Shown piece after piece: positions 38,605 to 52,118 of a stretch of 64,000 bases of DNA. Source of the DNA: Kondoa subrosea (Eukaryota); the NCBI GenBank assembly GCA_039545335.1, contig BCIN01000006.1, positions 124,001-188,000 on the forward strand, in the 5' to 3' direction. The stretch's first letter is position 1. Every line of letters starts with the position of its first letter. The notes below the pieces were generated by a model, which saw only the letters and a list, made by a program, of their open reading frames with translations, did not search any database and was not told the origin of the DNA. Both the position numbers and the translations under genes were made by a program.

Positions 38605-41343
38605 TTAATCCAGGTCAAACAAAGAAGACCGCCAGCCTTCCTCTTCAGCGATCTCTGCCTCGTCCATACCATCTTGCACTTGAGCAGCTTCGCCTTCTAG
38701 TATATGCAGTTTCCTGCTGGCTTTTTGCAGACCCTGTCTTGCAATTTGAGCATCTTTGACCGCTGAATTCTTAGCTTGAGTAACACTTTCATCCACTTGA
38801 GCAGCTATTCTTCCAGCGCTTCCACCTCCATCTATAACATTCAATTAGCACCATCTACGATCTTTAGAAGAAAAGGAAAGATGAGCTCACGATCGCCCGA
38901 AGGACCGATATGATGAGGTGTTACATCATCAGGTAGCAATTGCGCTCCGGCGCCAACAGCAATCTTCATGTCCCCATCTTCGGTACTAGCAATAATTCCC
39001 TTTCGAGTGAACTGAGTAGCAGCGAAAACGGATTGAGTTCCTTCTACAGTCTTCTTGAATCCTGAGGCGAAGACTTCAGGTGCCGGTTGAGCAAAAGCAG
39101 TCATCCAAGATTCGATTGGTCCATAACCTCTTAAGCGCAGTCTTTGAACTTGTTGATGTAAGCGGAAGACGATTCGATCTAAGGTTTCTAGACCTTGCTT
39201 CAATTGCGAAGAGAGAACGAAATGTAGAGCTGTCTTCAGTGTGAAGCGAGCAAAAGGTCTCATGAACCAGTAGAAGATAGGATGCTGACTTTTCGTAATC
39301 CGTAAGTCGAGAGAAGACAGCCGAACGTCAACGTTTGAGATGGTACAGAAAGATTCTCGAGAATCTTGTTCTTGCTGTAGTTTCAATCTTTCAAGATCTC
39401 GCTCATATTCCAAGGAAATGTTCTCGTTCAAGCTGTAAGAAATATCCGCTTCCAATCCTTTCTTTTCTAACGAGAACTCGACAAGACCGCTATCTTGTCT
39501 GAAACCAGGAATCCATCTCCAGACTTTACGTTTGAACCAGTAAGAAATATCATGTGCTGAGAAATGAAGACCGCGAATATAGAGACGACCGGATCCATCT
39601 GCTGTTGTAGTTGTTTTCTGAGCTTCAAGATCTGCTTCTCTTTGAATAACGAATTCAGTATGGTTGTCGATCTTAAAGAATGTAGGTAAAAAGGACAGCG
39701 AAGCGAGAACAAAATCATCAAGGACGGCATCGACAACAGGCGAGGAGAATTCCGTGCGAGGTATTGGACACTTTTTGAGTAGACGGAAGAGACGAGGGAC
39801 GATAATGTTGATGACGTCTGCAAAGATACCTCTTGTATCCCCGAAAGCTGTCCAAATGCCTCTGCGAGCCAAATCAGCATTCGATTGACATATGCCTGGC
39901 GAGAAACGAGCTGACCTCGAAAGTAGTGTTTCTATATCGAGAGTAAAGGCAGCAACTGAAGAAGCCAATTCCCCTAACGCTTCATCCTCTTTCACTCCTT
40001 GATACAGTGAGCTTACTTCTCCAATCAAGCTATTCAGATCCATTTGCCAAGCTGGATTGGCCAAACTCAAGTTCCTTCCTTTATCCCAAAGCTCTTCACC
40101 TTGCCTAGTAGCAGCTCTCGATGTAGCCCAAGTTGGTTCTTTGAGCATTTTACGCAAATACAGATCTAACTCTTTGAAATATTCTCTCATTTCAGGATTA
40201 TCTTTAACATCTGAAGCCGTTTTAGTGAACATTGATACAAGCGGATCAAGTGATCGACCAGAAAGGGTTTCAATAAAGCTTTTGAAAGCGGAAGTTGCGT
40301 TTTGAGCATGTTGCTGTTCGTCAGTGAGCTTGATGTCGACTTTGGTCGCATCTACAGCGTTTTGTGCTGCTTCAGTCGCTTCTTCTACTTTGGTAATATA
40401 CTTGTTGCCCAAATCAAGCAGAATCTCGAAAGCCTTTGTTGAATCTTGATCTTCTCGGATCCGATTGATGAGCTTCTGTAAACGAGAAAGAGCAACGTCT
40501 CGGAAATCTTGATCGGCGATGGAATAAGCAGCAGATTTTAGACCTCTGGTTTGAGCGGTAGCTTGCAAAGCAGCAGATCCAGCAGCACCAAGTGTATCTT
40601 TTAACTGTAATGCCTCTTTTTCCACATCTACAGCTGTAATCACTTCATCATCGTGATCGCGAGGTGTATCTTCTGGTCGTAGAGCATGTTCTGCTTTCCC
40701 AGCTCTTTGAGCTACTTCACCAGCTGCATCTGCCAGGACTGAACGGAAGAGGAAAAAAGTGTCCTCTAGTATGCTTTGAGAAGAAGCAAGGATATTGGCA
40801 AGAATCAAACGAGCCATAGTCCGGAGGGAGAAGAGAACGAGGGAAAGATCGCGCTGAGCTTCATCTATTTGCACATTTGGTAACTGAGAGTTCTGTGTGC
40901 CGACTAATAGCATTGTACTCAATCAGACACATTGCGGTCAATACAGGTGAAGGGATCTCACCCAATTCCGCCTTCAAGTCAACTTCAGCATGCCTCGAAT
41001 GATAGATGAGTTCTTGAAGTTGGTTATTGCCATTCTTTGCCAAGGCCACATTTTGAACAGCTCGCAATATCCTCCTCAAATCTTCGACCGCTTGCCTACC
41101 AGCTACTGAGAATCGACCCTCTCCAGCTATCTGACCAAAGACAGGATGTGTTTCGATGCTCAAGACAGATGAGTGCTCCACAACGGCCAAGATAGAAGCA
41201 AGCTGCTGAGATGAAGGTAGTTTGCCTTTATGCAAAGCTGAGATTGCATGACCAATCCGAGCGAGTGCGAATTGGGAAGCGTCAGCTTGAGGTTCAATGG
41301 TTTGTGCTGCTTGCGAGAGCAAAGGAGTTCGCTCAGATATCAT
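38605..41343 (-). CDS. DUF4449/HAM1-like fungal protein (BPI/TULIP-like C-terminal region)
   Basis: ALHKGKLPSSQQL and KNGNNQLQELIYH in the N-terminus; PIPRTEFSSPVVDAVLDD and SQHPIFYWFMRPF in the C-terminal half. 693-aa core exon. Confidence 0.75.
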
Positions 41344-41591
41344 GATGGCTTTGGTATCAAAAGGTTGCAAAGGTATAAGCAAGCAGGATGCTCGTCGGGA
41401 TAAAGAATGGAACTGGCGAGAATCCTCTCGAGTGCATAGCTTCAGCAACCGGAGGCAGTCTACATTGATCAGTCTTTCATCTACATGACGGGTATCCATG
41501 CAGAGTAGCAATTGTAAGGGTATATGCTAGAAATTGACTATCAGATTCAAAGTGAAAGACATGAGAGACACAAGAGCTTACATCGTACCAC

Positions 41592-44500
41592 TCATCGAGA
41601 GTAATCCCTCGAGTACGCCCTCGGCTTTCTCCTAGATTCTCTTCGCACAGGAGACCGACTCCGCCTGCTTGATAGCGAACGACCTCTTTCTTCCCTAGCT
41701 CTCCCTCGAATGTGCATCTCTTCCCTCTCTTGATGCCGCGAGCTACTGCCATATCCGCTTGATAACGATGATCCCAGAGCTCCCGGAGAGATGTCAAACT
41801 CTTTTGCGACGGCTTCAGGTAGTTCATAATTCAGAGTCAGATTATCTCGAGACAAAGCATCTCTGAAGAGCCGCAGTCCATACTTGAGCATTCGCGATGA
41901 TCCAATGAGTGTGATTTGATTGATATGAAATTCGATCTGACACAATTCGCCAAAGGTTTCGAGAATCTCATTCTTGATTTCTTTGAGGCGTAATCCATGA
42001 TGGCTGAACATGACGTTCCGAGCTAGGTCAGGTAGAAGAAATGAACTGGGTGCATTTATGAATCAGCGAATGGTCGCCGCACACCTCAGAGCCAGAGAGC
42101 TTACCATATACATCTAGCAGAAGAATTGTGTAACTGGGCTTCTGATTTCTTGATGAAATGTGACCGAGCAATCTCGGAAGGTACACTAAAGTTGGGCCAC
42201 TCTTCTTTCAGTAGTGTATTTAAGCGCTGCACTGCATTTGTAACATCGGTACGGCGACCTTCAATCTTGATGGAGTACTTGTTATCGAACGAAATGTGAC
42301 ATCGGGTCCTCTTCTGCAGATCTTTGAGCATGGAGCCGGAGACACCATAGATGAGACGCCATGCGGGCAAAGCCAATGGAAAGGCGCATGTAGCTGTATC
42401 ATCAGAGGCAAAGGTGGGCAATCGCGCCGGTTGCAAAAGTCCAAAGTCTTGCTGAACTTCTTGAGGCAGAGTATACGGTATTGTCTCGCCATAATCTTCA
42501 GACTTGTATTTGTGCAAGATTGACTTCATTGCCTTGAGAGCGCTACCTATACCAACAAAGGAGCCGGTAATGCATAGGACTGGCTGCTCTTTCTCCGAGC
42601 GACTGAAATGAGGCTTGCAGTCAGTTCCTTTACAGAGCTGTGTCCAGCGGCTTTGAAGAAATCGAAACAAGCCGATGGGCACTTTCAAATAGCTAAACCA
42701 GATAAGCTTCAGACAGAAGCAAGATGAGCACGGTGTAGCTCACCAGATGCTTAGCGCCGAGAATGTGCCACTTGATATCCCAGATAGACCGGATGGAAAA
42801 TACTTGTTAAGTACATCATGAGGTAAAGCGAAGTTGACCCAATGTTCAAGGAACTGCTCCTTGAGCAGCGCAATAGCTCGACCGATATTGGCTGCGTGTC
42901 CTGTGATAAGAACAGCATCGCTGACGTCGTCCACAAGACATCTGCAGTCAGAGTTTGCTTCTATCAAGTCAAGCCGAGAGAGTTTTTTCGAACCGTTCAG
43001 GAAGAGAAAAGGGACGGGAATTGAACAGCTGTCGCTGTATGACACATCTTCTGACAAAATAGCAGCAATTTCTGACGCAGGGGAATGAGATGGAGCTCGG
43101 GGTGTTTGCAGGATTTTCTCGCTTGTCATCTCGCCGCCAGTTGCTAAGAGGTTGACATTGTCAGCAGTCTCATCTAGCTGACTGAACATTCCGTAATATG
43201 TGCGAACTTCTGCTGGTATTTGCCAAGTTTGGTATCCAGCAAGCAATTCTTCCAATTTCCCAAGCGCTTTCGCAATTGCTGAAATTCGACCGCGGAGCCT
43301 TAGCCTATGGTCGTTCTGATTTTCGTTCAGCCGCGCCTTGACGCCGCTTTGTTGCTGCAGCCAAACTACATTCTCGCCGTCGTAGCGCAGCAGAAGACTA
43401 CGAGTTCCAAATGGAATTTCGACAATACTGTGCTCATCTGAGACCCTCCTCATTTCGTTTTGACTTGAGCTGCTTACCAGCATTCTCCGTCGTCGAATAT
43501 TCCCACAGTCAAATCTACCTTCGTTGTTTGGTCCCAAAGGCCAGAATGTATCTTACTTGGTAGGCGGAAACCGGCTTCCACGGATTCGAGGAATGCTACA
43601 GCCTTGTCAATTGCCTGCATCAGCTGGCCTTTAGATCCCACGATAACCACGCGACCGTCTGCGGTGATGGATAACGAGCAATTCGTCTGCACCTCTATGG
43701 TCTTGATATTGCGTCCATTTGAGCCAATCAAACGGGGTCGAAGATGTTCGGGAATGTCAAAGATACTGTTGACACATCAGGTGCTTATCTTACACCAATA
43801 CAAGCAGGTCTCACAATGTGCATACCCTGTCCACATGCGAAGGTTCACTTTGGGATTCTACCAAAGGAGCCATCTGGTCTGAAAGGTTCAAAATTGGGGC
43901 CGGAGGAGGTGAGGGCGAGAATGTCAAATCAATTACTTCGACCTGTGAGGAAGAAGGAGCTTCGCAGGTATCGTCGGACAGAGTAGCACTATCTGCATGA
44001 GCAATAGTTGGCGATCCGCAAGGTTTTGATTGGCCCCAGCCCAATTCGTGCGGCAACTTTTCTTCAACAAACACTTCCAGAGCCGCAAGTCGTTCATCGT
44101 GAATCGGATCAAGCATGAAACCGAGTGTATGCTCTTCAAGCATCTGAACTTGAGATCCAGAAGGTATAGAAGGTACTAAGGGCGAGAGTTGAGGGGAACT
44201 CTTCTTGGCGAAGCTGTGAGTCGCCTGGGCTGATGGGGCGACTTCCATTACTGAGTCGTCTAGCATTGGCGAAACATTCATACTTTCATGTGTCGGAGAA
44301 GGAATGTTCAAGGGGGCTTCATCTTGGTCAAGAAAATCGTCTTGCATTGGCAGAAGAAGACTGGCCGTTGCTATTTTAGGGCTACAATGAAGAGAGACTA
44401 AAGCTTCGTCGTCAGGTAGAAGGTCATCGCTCGGAGAAGCAATGTCTAAGCTCTGATCGACTTGAGCCGCATCGTTATCGTCAAGTGCCATTTCCTGAAT

Positions 44501-47285
44501 CGAGGAGCTCGCAAATACATTCTTGCGCCAAGGCCTATCGTAGCATGGCGAAGTATCTGTGATAAGGCGCTCTGGTTCAAACAACAGCCCTTGGAGTCCT
44601 GAATCACGACAAGTGAAATGTGAATTGAGGATCTCGAATGCTCGTTCTGTTGCAGACGATGTGCCATATATCACAAGATATGGATCTTGCGATGGAGGGT
44701 ATGTTCGAGGATCCCTGAAGTGGACAGAGCGAATCTCAGGAAGTTCATCCCGCATTTCTTTCAGAATCTCACGCTCGAGTAGTACAGAGCAATACCGACA
44801 GCTAGGGAAGTAGACTCTGTATATTGTCGGGCGATCTTTTGCTGCTCTTGTTGGATCCACAGCTTCTTCAGGTTCGCCCCAAGGTGAGGGATCGTTGTTG
44901 GGCACAAAGGCTTGTCTGATTGATTCACGATCAAAATCGTCCGTTGTTGCCGTCGGATCAACATATCTGGAGGTGAAGATGCGAGGATTCACATCTTCCA
45001 CCAACAACTTTTCGTCAAAATCCAATTTAGCTAGATCGGGCCGATGTATTTTAAGCTGCTCGTTCAGCAAATGTATTGCGGCTCTAGTAGATTGAGCTGT
45101 TGCAAAGATTAGAAGCTTCGGAGTTTGGCTGGAAGGAGTAGTGATTGAATCTCTAGCTTGCAGCCTGCGAATGTCAGGGAATCGGCTCTTCACTAATGTA
45201 AACAGGCGAAACGTAGATAGAACTTTAATATACTGTTCACTGGGGAAATGCAGGTCGTAAACAGTACAGATAGATTGGTCTTCGGTCGTAGATTGGGTTG
45301 AGCACTTTTCTGGCGCAGCCTGATAAACTGATGTCGAGAATTGCTTTGCATTAGCTCCGAAATCTTCACCAGATTCCGCAAGAGCTTTTTCTTTGGCTGC
45401 AAGGTATCCTCTGCTCGATCTATCTTTGATTGAATCAGCAGAAAAATCGGGTTTGCTGGTGTGGAAACGAGGGTGAAAATCTTCCTTCAAGAATCTCTCG
45501 TCAAAAGAAAATGCAGCCGATCCGACATCGTGTTTCTGGAATTGCTCGTTCAGTAGCAATATTGCCGCTTTAGTGGATTCGCGAGTTGCAAAGATCAAGA
45601 GCTTGCAAGCTTCGCTAGAAGGTGTGGTGTATGGGCTTCTTGCTGAAAGCTTTCGCACATCGGTAATCTCATTTTTGACGAGCTGAAATATGTTGAACTT
45701 GTATAAAATAGTAATGTATTCATCATTCGGAAAATGGAGCTCGTAGTTTGTATAAAGAGGAAGATCTGGCCTTGGTGGATGAGTAGGAAAGACTTCTTCT
45801 TCGTAGCATCGAGAATCGATATCTCGAGGACGCTTTAGAGATGCTCTGGGACTAGTTGGAAGCGCGGAATCAGCATATTCGGCAGGTCTTCTTTCCTTGA
45901 ACGTCAGAGCAGAGCTACATGCCGAGTGTAAACGGTCGGAGAGCATTTTTGCTACAGCGCATAAGCACGTGAAAATCCAGTGATGTGATCGGCTAACCAT
46001 CTCCAAGTGCTTCATTCACCGCATCTGGAGAACCCTTGAGTTTCAGCCTCCACTTGCCTTCTTGTTCACTGATTGACAACGACTCCAGACCATATCTAGC
46101 CCCTATCCTTTAAGAGACGCAGCATAAGTATAGCAAAACAAGAGAACAAGACAAGAATGTACCATTTCCTCTCGAAACGGAACTCGCGAGTTCTAGCCAA
46201 ATCAGCTACATGTCCAATAGCAAGGTTCAACGACTCTATAGAATAGTGTCTTCAGCATGATGCCATGCGAGAACTGATGTCAAAAGCTTACCTGAGACAT
46301 GGCCGTCTCTGTTTCCTCTCGTTTTTGCATTGTGCAATTTTTCGTAGGTAAATTCGTGCAAATAGGTTTCAACGGCATCGCTACTATCGATGTTCTGTCA
46401 TCAGTAGAAGTAAGACATTATCAAGTTAGACACTGACGGTTTTGTTTTTAAGTACTCTTGAGCCAAATCATTGAGTACACGTATACATATCCTAATCGCC
46501 GCCTTAGTCCCTATCATCTGATACTGATTGTCGTGGCTGATATTGGCTTGTTCGATCAATTGTGCGCGGTACGAGAGCTCTTTGATTCGAGAGCCATTTC
46601 GACCGATAAGTAATTCACGAAATTCTTCGTCGGCTGGAAGATCGAATGCATAGGTGTAGATGCGATGATCTACGTCAATATCCGGATTCTGCTTTCGAGT
46701 AGGACGTGGTACAGCAGCAACTTTCCGGGACGGAGTAGAAGCAAGAGCCGCTTTTTCAGGTAGCGATGCAAGATCAGAGATCTTGAGATGTGCTACAAAA
46801 TCAAGACATCAATCCTCATGCTGAACGGATATATGAGAAATCCTTACGAGCGTACTGCCGCAGCATACTCTCCACGCGAAGGGACAGGACATCGGAGACA
46901 AGATTCTCCTTGTCGAAGTCGACAGAACGACCTAGCACTTCTCCAAACCGGTTCAAAGCAGCGTCAATAAATTTTCGAGAAGAAGCTTGCAACAACGCGA
47001 CATTAGAACCTATTACGTAAAATATAAGGACAGCATTGTGCTTAAAGGAACGAGCCTACCATCTTCTCCTTTGCTGAAGAGCGCTACATGCTATGTGCCA
47101 GATCAGTTAGATTGCTCTGACAAGCTAGACTGGCACCAAACCAAATTGCATTCGTCCAAGATCTCAGCGAGGAAGGGCTGACCCTGGAGAAAGAGAGGGT
47201 CGACATCTTGAGGCAGGAGAAGTGTATAGAGGTAGTAAAGCTCGCTAGGTAGCGAAGGCTCTTCGCTAGCATGCCCTGGCGGCAT
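41592..47285 (-). CDS. Giant multi-KH-like protein (~12 units) with RS-rich C-terminus; multi-exon
   Basis: GxxG units LLIGRNGSRIKEL (~46600), LIGSNGRNIKTI (~43720) and LIYGVSGSMLKDL (~42340), plus degenerate repeats. ORFs are linked by short GT-AG gaps and the tail reads SRRSRSPVRRESRR. It could be two genes. Confidence 0.7.
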
Positions 47286-47801
47286 AATAGAGAATTCAAA
47301 ATTTGTAGCCAGCCTAACGTGAAGACGTGATGCTATGCTATAGGGATATCACTTGGCAGGTATCAGCTGATGATTGGGAATGAGCCAGATTGAGCAATGG
47401 CAGGCAATGGCTGATGGGAGTCAAGTAAACAGCCTCGAAGAAGTTTGGATGCCAACGTCGACTTATGATTCGTGTTCTCCTTCAGCTGCTTTCAGCTGTT
47501 CTGACAGTCTCACAATGGCAATGGCAGTGTGCTGCGCTCTCTGCGCCATTACATCGGACATCCGCATCCGCATCACTGTCTTCTAGTCAATATTACTGAA
47601 CTTTGTGTCGCGTGCTTGACTCTTTCCCTTGTCTCTGTCTGCCTTATCAATGCAGTGTAAGCATGTCTGTGCGGTGTGGTGCTTTTGACTGTATGCAGTT
47701 CCCTCGGTGAGGCTATGTGTGCCCGCTTACTAAGCTGTACACACAAGTCGCAGTTCGTTTGCTTTGCTTCCCTTTGCACGGTTGGAACTCTTGCTCGTAG
47801 A

Positions 47802-48545
47802 ATGGAAGACCTAACGATCCGATATGTAGAAGACTCGGACGAAGCAGAAGTCGACGCCATCTACGATGAATGCCTTGCCATCAGGCCGGATACTAAAGGC
47901 TGCTTCGCCTATTGCATCCAAAATATTTTAAATCCACAGTACCAGGTTCAGCTCAAAGCAGACGGCTGGCCTTGCTTGGTAGCTGTATGGCAAGATCGTG
48001 TTGTTGGATTTGCTGTACTTTCGCCTGAGATGTCCACTTCGGACACCCTCATTGAGAATTGGCAGTAAGTCCTACTGCCTGAATCGTTTTATCTTCGATG
48101 AATTGTCATAGCTCTTGTCACGTGATCGTTCTTATCAAACCGATCGTCCATCGCCAAGCAATAGCCAGCCGTTTGTGGTTTGCCTTGTTGAAGGATCCAC
48201 TCGCAAAGGCAAAGCAACTGAGAGTGATATATGGTATGCTCTACCTTCAATTTGCTAAGATCACACTGTGATTGCACTAGCACGGACACCTGCGACTAAT
48301 GGTAGGACTATATTGCCTTCCCTTGCACGTTTGAGCTCATATCGTTTCCTTTCGCTGTCCAGTTGCATCGATCAATGCGTGTCTCAAGGTGACCGTCTAG
48401 CGTGCAACTGGTCTTCGCTGTGCTTCATTGACATTCACACAAGGCGAAGTTCCGTCAGACCGGTCAACTCACCTCAGGCGACTTGTCGAGCACGAAAGCC
48501 ATCGACATGTTGTATCTTGAAAAACTTGTTGGAGTGAGTGACTGA
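47802..48545 (+). CDS. GNAT-family acetyltransferase
   Basis: LTIRYVEDSD..., CLVAVWQDRVVGFAVL, IKPIVHRQAIASRL (motif A-like) and N-VASINACLK-AKFRQTG. Confidence 0.7.
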
Positions 48546-48583
48546 CTTCTACATCTATCATGCTGATCCATTCCTCAAGCCTA

Positions 48584-49332
48584 GACCGGATGTACGCCAT
48601 GAAAATTGGCCAACTCCGTATGCTGGTACTGCAGATTTCGAGAAAATCTTGTCCAATATACTTATACAAACCTTGGAATATCGACTTGGATATGAGCTAC
48701 CTAGCTCGGAGCTGAGCCTATATCTAGTGTAATTTCATGTACCTACATAGAATGATTTCATGACTGATTCCCTTGATACAGGACCAATACTCTTTGGCCA
48801 CCTCGCTCCAGACCAGACTCCGAACAAGTTACAATCAGTTCAAGAAAAAATCTCGAGATCACTCAATCGCCACGAATTCTCATCCGTGATCCAGTCTCGG
48901 GTAAAGCAGTTGGCAGAGCGGTGTATCGACGTTGGGGAACAGATGTTGAGCGGCCTGTGCTGTGAGTCTATCGGAAAGGAAGAGCTCAACCAGGAAATGT
49001 AGTTAACGCTTATCTAATACAGATTTGGTCTCTTTGGCCTAGCTTTGGCAAATCAATTGAAAACAGTCGAAGTTGTTCTTCGGCTTTGGGACATGCTCTT
49101 GAAGGCGAATGATGAGTTGGGTGACTTGAAAATGAAACGTCTTTTCAGTAAGTCCGCTTGGTCAATTCTTGTCCCCGGATCTCATTATACGCGGCGAGCA
49201 ATGATGCCCATGGAAGACACAGGTCTGCGATCCATAGTGGAAACGCTAGGTTTCGAAAGAGCCTACACCGAAGTACATCTCAAGCGACCATTCAGAACCT
49301 ATGCTGATGAGTCTGTGATCAAAACAGACTGA
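48584..49332 (+). CDS. Hypothetical coding exons (separate gene or C-terminal extension of the GNAT)
   Basis: ORFs 48538-48732, 48760-49002 and 49045-49332 are separated by intron-like gaps. Confidence 0.45.
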
Positions 49333-49606
49333 TGTATATATCAAGTTTGGCGAATTCCATTCAACCATTGTTCACCAGAAGACGCTTGCCGGTCCTATGT
49401 CCAGAGATGAAGTGCAACGCTGGAAATTCGCCGTCGCTGCGACTAATGAGATTCGGACGGAAAATATGAAGCGAGAACTTCAGCTCGGCCAGGAAGCGGA
49501 AAAGATGTCTTGGAAGCAGTGGCTAAATCACAAGCTAGGTATACAATGAGAGTTCACATATATGATATAGATTCCCTCCTTTGCCCTGCCGCCAATCCTC
49601 TTTCGC

Positions 49607-51059
49607 TCATTCTTCCTTCTTGATCCTCTTCGTCGGTGAAGGAGACTCGCTCGCTTTCCTTCGACTTCTGCCTTTAACCCTTTCTGCCAAAGTCAGGCCT
49701 TCTTCTGTTTTGATGACCAATTCGGCACCTCCAGGTGAGGACCAAATATTGATGTCTTCCGCTGCATCTTCTTCTTCTTTAACTTCTTCTTTGGCTTTTC
49801 GTTTGCTCGAGGAAGAAGATGGTAGAGGTGAAGCAAACAGATCGACTTTCTCTTTCTTTGGCGTTGACACAGGCGAAGAAAGAGGGTCAGTGAATTCAGC
49901 AAAGGCCTTTAGATCAGCCGTGAACAAGATCTGTTCATCACAATATGTATATCAGCTAACATTCAAACAAGCAAGCTAAAATGCCAAAGCTGACTTGTTG
50001 AGCCCAACCAGCTTTAACGCCCCAAACTTCTTTCAACATTTCACCAACTTTCGCATAAATCTCTTTAGTCACATTCCCTCCTTTTGGTGCTTTGAATCCA
50101 TAATCCCTTACTGCGATTTGATAGACGTGCGTATCTACCGGTACTGATCCATCAAAACCTAATCCAAATAAAGCAATACAATCTGCTACTTTTGGTCCAA
50201 CACCAGTGAATTTCATCAAGGCGTCTTTTGCTTCTGTATAAGGTAAAAGAGAAAGAGAATGTAGGTAAGTATCAGGTGTTTGATTGAGGGCGGAAGAAGT
50301 CTCGAGCAAAAGAAGGGCAGTTTTGTAGACGTAGGGAGCTCGATAGCCAAATCCAATCTCTCGCAGAAGCTCGTCCGTCGATTCAGCTGTCAGAGATGAA
50401 GGAGGTGGAAAAGTATACATAGGTAGAGATGCTGATGGAGTTGTATGTGCTGCTAAAGGGGTGCCAAGTGCTGCGCATAGTCGAGTTATCATTAAGGTGA
50501 TGCGGGAGATGTTGTTATTGGATGAGCAAATGAAGCTGTGTGGCATTTTAGCACTGTTAGTACTGAACACCAGAAGTTCAGCCTACGAAATCAACGTCTC
50601 CCAAGGGTCTTGCTTCAGTACTCGTATCCCACCAAAGCGTCCATCCTCCGTCTTCTTGACAAAATTGGTATCCCGCTCACACCATTGCTTGTACAAGTCT
50701 TGCAAAGATACATCAAGCGAGAAGTAGGATTTCAACCAAGCATAAGTCGTGTCTTCTGCTAGATCTTGTTCGTAGACTTGTCTCTGTGCTTCAAGGTATG
50801 CTGTTTGATACCAAATACGCGTCCGATCTTGACGTAGATAGATCAACCTGTCTCTTGAAGGGAAGCACCATTCTTCATCAATCTCCAGCTCTTCGGTCAA
50901 ACTTGTTCTAGTATGAAAAGCAGGAACAGATTTGATCCATCTGAACGATTGGCCAGAAGGCAAGACAGCTGAAAGGCAAAGTTCGACAGGCAAGACTTCA
51001 AAGAACCGCAGAGGTGTACGAAGGACAGCAGGCAGCGGGGTACTAGGTATCTTTGACAT
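49607..51059 (-). CDS. OGG1: 8-oxoguanine DNA glycosylase/AP lyase
   Basis: LPSGQSFRW, IRVLKQDPWETLIS/FICSSNNNISRI, GFGYRA, the HhH motif GVGPKVADCIALF, VPVDTHV and AGWAQQ. Confidence 0.97.
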
Positions 51060-51540
51060 GGTATGTAGTGTCTTTAGGCTTATTCTCATGCGTTTCCTAG
51101 ATCTTCAACGCGGTCTCGGACGCTGCTTCAAGAAAACCTGATTTTACAGGTTGGAATAGGTCAGCGAAATCGGCATAGTTCTGGTCCCGTAATCATCTGA
51201 ATAAGCTACAAATAACAAGATGGTCGCTCTCAGTCCTACGCCTGTCGCAGGTATCAGACTGTCTGCTCGCGGCGGAGTAAGTTTGAATGTCTATTCTCGT
51301 CATTGCTGCCTGTCTGGCTCGTATGCCCTTTGCTTGCCTGTCTCTGCTTTCGGACTCCGCTATCGTGAATTTGGACTTCTCTAGTAGCAGATCTTCTCTT
51401 CCAGACATCCTTCTTTTGAGGTCATTGTACTCATTGTACTCCTTCATGAAATCAGGCCCCTCCCTTTACGCAGACTTCATATGAGAATCATCCTGTGAGT
51501 GTCCTCTCGACAAGTATAGGAGATTATCACCTTATCTTCG

Positions 51541-52118
51541 ATGAACAGCCCAAATCCAGTGGGTAGTCAGCGATCTTCTTTAACCCATTCTGACAATTCC
51601 TCAGCATGGCATGGACCAACAATAGCAGGGAGTGCAGGTGGTTTCTTCGGCGTTCTCTTCGGTAGCTTGTTTGTTCTTATACTCACACTATGGTATTTGA
51701 GATTTGCTGATTGTTATCCTAAAGTATCTTCTTCTTGCTCGTGCTAGCTGTCGCTTTCTTCTTCTGGCGGCGGCATCGTCTAGCTAGCTCTTTACCTATC
51801 TTACCTTGGCGAAAAGCTTCTTCACCTTTATCAAGACGAAGGGGAGATACAGCTTTAGGTCCTCATTCTCGCTTACCAGATGACAATAACGATTTTGATC
51901 TTTCGAAATCATCGAGAATAAAAGAAGATCCTTGGCAGTCTACTATAAGCCTACATGAAGGTTCAACATCCTCGGGAGGGAATTTAGGAGTCTATCAAGA
52001 TAAATTCGCTATGGCGAGCAGTGACAGTGTAGGGTTCGATAGCAGTCGAGTGAATCTTGGTATAGACGAAGAGCAACCATATAAGTCGTTGGCGACGGGC
52101 GAAAGGGACGAGAAGTAA
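51541..52118 (+). CDS. Small single-pass membrane protein
   Basis: A hydrophobic segment GFFGVLF...LAVAFFFW is followed by RRHR and a disordered tail. One intron. Confidence 0.6.
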
